Positions 48,296 to 50,729 of a stretch of DNA of 50,729 nt are shown piece after piece; position 1 is the first letter of the stretch; every line of letters starts with the position of its first letter. The stretch is taken from positions 1 through 50,729 of IMG/VR virus record IMGVR_UViG_3300045988_108242. One strand, given 5' to 3'. The position numbers were made by a program, and so were the translations under genes. The notes below the pieces were generated by a model that saw nothing but the letters and a program-made list of their open reading frames with translations, was not told the DNA's origin and ran no database searches. Source of the stretch: a virus.

Positions 48296-49270
48296 TTAAA
48301 TTGTAGCTTGTTTATATTCTCCATTCACTTTTATGTATAGCGTTCCTGTTATATATTTACCATCTACTTTTAAATACATCATAGCTGTTTTTTGTTTTCC
48401 GCTATCTTTTGTATAACAGTTTGCTTTTAACTTATAAATAGCATACACTATAACATTAGACTTTAATATAAGGTCTGAATCTATATAACTTCCAGTTCCA
48501 TCTGTTTTCGTATTCCATCCCAAAAATTCATAGTTTGCTTTTTCCGCAACTGGCATAGAGCCAACCTTTTCGCCATAATAAGTATTTTTTGTATAAGTGT
48601 TTCCGCCATTTACAGAGCCACCATTATATACGGCATTATATATTATTGAAACCTCTACTCTTTTCCATACCGCATACAACGTTGTGTTTCTATTTGTCCC
48701 TCCCCAATTCTGGTTTGGTTGATAACTGGCTGTAGTTGCTGTATCAGACTTGCTCCAACCTAAAAATGTATAGCCTTCTCTTGTCGGTTTTACAGAGGAA
48801 AGCGTCATATCATATCCATAATAATGATATTGTGCGCTTGGTGCGCCTGTTCCACCATTAGCATTGTAGAATACACCGTATCTTGGTCTTGCAGGAACAT
48901 TGAACGATAATTGCGCTCTTGTGCTTCCTCCGGCACTTCCATAATAACCTACTTGCGTACCATATGCGTTACAATATATTGTATGTGTTTTATCATATGT
49001 TTCTCTGTTAATCGTAAAACTTCCAGAAACTTCGGCAACTTTCCACCAATTATGTCCCGGGTCTGATGTTAACACACCTGTTGCACTGTTTCCACCATCT
49101 ACAGATATTCCAACGCCCCACTCATAAGCCTGTGTCATTTCTACTCTCGCATAATAATCTATACGATATTGAGAATCATTTATAGAATATCCGTTTGCTT
49201 CAAAGTACCCTCTGTATCGCATATATTGATTTCCAGCGATAATGACATCACCTGTATATGTGCTTGCCAT
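48296..49270 (-). CDS. Receptor-binding/adhesion protein with Listeria-Bacteroides (InlB B-type, Flg_new) repeats
   Basis: 324 aa. The segments FYNANGGTGAPSAQ...TREGYTFLGWS...TLYAVW and ANYEFLGWNTKTDGTG...VYAIY are Flg_new-like repeats. Lies in the tail-end module. Confidence 0.65.
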   Translation of the reverse strand: MASTYTGDVIIAGNQYMRYRGYFEANGYSINDSQYRIDYYARVEMTQAYEWGVGISVDGGNSATGVLTSDPGHNWWKVAEVSGSFTINRETYDKTHTIYCNAYGTQVGYYGSAGGSTRAQLSFNVPARPRYGVFYNANGGTGAPSAQYHYYGYDMTLSSVKPTREGYTFLGWSKSDTATTASYQPNQNWGGTNRNTTLYAVWKRVEVSIIYNAVYNGGSVNGGNTYTKNTYYGEKVGSMPVAEKANYEFLGWNTKTDGTGSYIDSDLILKSNVIVYAIYKLKANCYTKDSGKQKTAMMYLKVDGKYITGTLYIKVNGEYKQATI

Positions 49271-49282
49271 TTATTTCACCTC

Positions 49283-49990
49283 CTATGATACGATACGGAT
49301 ATAGATATCCCCATCTTTTCCGAGCGAATTGTCTGGTACATCTGTTCCGCTTCTAATTGTTGGTAAACTGTTTTTCAAATCTGTTATCTGGTTTTGTAAA
49401 CTTCCTGCAACATCTGTTCCCAATTGTCCTTTTATCGAATTAAACCAATTGTTAAACATCGAAGTAAATTGTAAAAACAAATTTGATTCGTCAATTTGCT
49501 GTACCACACCTTCAACAAAGCCACAATATGTTTTATCTGGTCTGCGGTCTGTTATGTTTGCATTTGTTATTGTAGCAACACCAACTCCAACATCTATAGA
49601 AGCTAGCACCAATTCATGCACTGTTCCATCGTTTACTGGTGTTATATTAGATACTGCTTCTTTTTTGTTTACTTTGATTTCTCTAGTTGAAAGGTTTAAT
49701 GTACAACAAATCAAATCTACAATTGAATAAGATGTACTATTTGGACTTAGTGTTATGTCCATATCCTCTGTAAGCTCGTAATAATACCCATCTATATAAG
49801 CCTTTCCTGTTTTTACTGTTACTGTTAACCCGTCTTTTGCAATTACTTTTAATTGGTCTGTTGGTGTTACATATACACCATCACCGATAAACTGCGAAAA
49901 ATAGCTTGCAAAGTCTGATGCGTCATATACTCTGTCATATACACCACCAGACTCCAATGCATTAAAAAATCCATTTCTTTCTGCCATCAT
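49283..49990 (-). CDS. Tail fibre / upper baseplate protein (putative)
   Basis: 235 aa. The N-terminus NGFFNALESGGVYDRVYDASDFASYFSQFIGDGVY is a motif I associate with Firmicutes siphophage fibre N-termini. Follows the Gp37-like gene. Confidence 0.5.
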   Translation of the reverse strand: MMAERNGFFNALESGGVYDRVYDASDFASYFSQFIGDGVYVTPTDQLKVIAKDGLTVTVKTGKAYIDGYYYELTEDMDITLSPNSTSYSIVDLICCTLNLSTREIKVNKKEAVSNITPVNDGTVHELVLASIDVGVGVATITNANITDRRPDKTYCGFVEGVVQQIDESNLFLQFTSMFNNWFNSIKGQLGTDVAGSLQNQITDLKNSLPTIRSGTDVPDNSLGKDGDIYIRIVS

Positions 49991-50001
49991 TACACTCCTT
50001 T

Positions 50002-50729
50002 CTATTGTTGATATGTTCCTCTCATATAAATTTCTACTGATAAGTTGTATGTATTATTTCCATTTGCAACAACAACAAATTTAATTACTGGAACACCATC
50101 AACTATCTCTGTATTCACAACATTTATAAATGGAAGTCCTGCGTTTCCTTTTCTATCACCCGATACCATAACTTGTTCTATATAATTTACCTTAAATGGT
50201 AAATCCCTTGGATACCAGACTGATTCATCAGAATAATACCAGCCATTTGCAGAGGAATGATTTGTTGCAAATGAGTCTGTTTTTGCAAATATACGCCATA
50301 ACTCAAAATCTCCATTGCTCCACATTCTATACTTCCAATGAAACCTACCTTCAACTTCTTGACATTTACCAACATTTGTCACATATGCAGAAATTTTTTT
50401 TCCAATTTTATTTTCAAGATATTTAATATTGTTTGTATTATTCTCAATTATATTTGTATTTTGTTCTATTTTTTCTACAATATTCTTTTCTACAGAACCA
50501 TATGTAAAATCAACGTCTACAATTTTACGAACACCTTCTATTGTTGTCGTTACTTCTGTAATTTGCGCATCAACTGTTATGTCAAGTTCATTATCTTCAA
50601 CTGTAATAAAATCACCTAGCATATAATCAACACCATAAGTATATTGTTTATTCGCTTCTGTTAACGTTGCTGTATAGCTTTGCTTTTTACTACTATCGGC
50701 AAACTTTTCATCAGCTCTTTGGTTTATCA
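50002..50729 (-). CDS. Tail-tip/baseplate structural protein, Sipho_Gp37-like; C-terminal part of the wrap-around CDS that starts at 935
   Basis: The track ORF 50002..50622 stays open upstream to the window end in the same frame, and 50675..50729 duplicates 1..55. See feature 1..935. Confidence 0.6.
   Translation of the reverse strand, partial: INQRADEKFADSSKKQSYTATLTEANKQYTYGVDYMLGDFITVEDNELDITVDAQITEVTTTIEGVRKIVDVDFTYGSVEKNIVEKIEQNTNIIENNTNNIKYLENKIGKKISAYVTNVGKCQEVEGRFHWKYRMWSNGDFELWRIFAKTDSFATNHSSANGWYYSDESVWYPRDLPFKVNYIEQVMVSGDRKGNAGLPFINVVNTEIVDGVPVIKFVVVANGNNTYNLSVEIYMRGTYQQ
50675..50729. repeat. 55-bp terminal direct repeat, copy 2 (identical to 1..55)
   Basis: Exact duplicate of the window start. 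Confidence 0.95.

Noticed and set aside
110-50626. All plus-strand ORFs in the track (for example 3016..3555, 5618..6133, 7372..7968, 7559..8107, 16153..16749, 39653..40162, 47158..47598).
   Set aside because: Each lies antisense to a longer minus-strand ORF with recognisable function or SD. Their translations are low-complexity and rich in Phe, Leu, Ile, Cys and Ser, as expected from reading A-rich codons backwards. None has a convincing SD or promoter. I treat them as shadow ORFs.
1-50729. Lysogeny module, CRISPR array, diversity-generating retroelement, toxin-antitoxin pair or a known defence system.
   Set aside because: I found no integrase or recombinase, no CI/Cro-like divergent pair (all genes are co-oriented), no reverse transcriptase motif (YxDD), and no spaced direct-repeat array on either strand.

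Overview
The window is a complete, circularly closed genome of an AT-rich tailed (siphovirus-like) phage. Nucleotides 1..55 are identical to 50675..50729, a tail gene reads in frame across that join, and the unique length is 50,674 bp. Every credible gene lies on the minus strand; the plus-strand ORFs in the track look like antisense shadows. In transcription order (descending coordinates):
(i) An early region (46.4 kb down to 24.5 kb) of small genes, many with their own near-consensus sigma-A promoter. It includes a replication and recombination set: J-domain protein, DnaG-like primase, Zn-OB SSB-like protein, DnaE-type polymerase, DUF3310-like protein, RecA, Cas4-like nuclease, an HNH::RuvC fusion, an HsdM-like protein without a catalytic motif, an Hjc-like nuclease and RNase HI.
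(ii) A promoter, structured leader and intrinsic terminator in front of a putative small terminase. These are followed by a MazG-like / ParB-like / GT-A-like unit, more small genes, two tRNAs (Met-CAT, Gln-TTG) and terL.
(iii) A fibre-like paralogue module plus a lysis cassette (membrane protein, holin, amidase), unusually placed between terL and the portal gene.
(iv) A canonical module of portal, head, neck, tail, tape measure, Dit and tail-tip proteins that wraps the contig ends and ends with receptor-binding-type proteins.
(v) A terminator followed by two further genes of unknown function.
No integrase, repressor, CRISPR array, reverse transcriptase or replicative helicase is recognisable.
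The observations most worth follow-up are: a five-copy ~33-nt junction element; the lambda PR'-tR'-like leader before terS; promoters whose -35 box sits inside perfect hairpins; the MazG/ParB/GT-A unit; the HNH::RuvC fusion next to a motif-IV-less methyltransferase-like gene; and recurrent HeH motifs with acidic-Trp tails.
All product calls come from reading motifs in the translations and from synteny. No database or HMM search was run.
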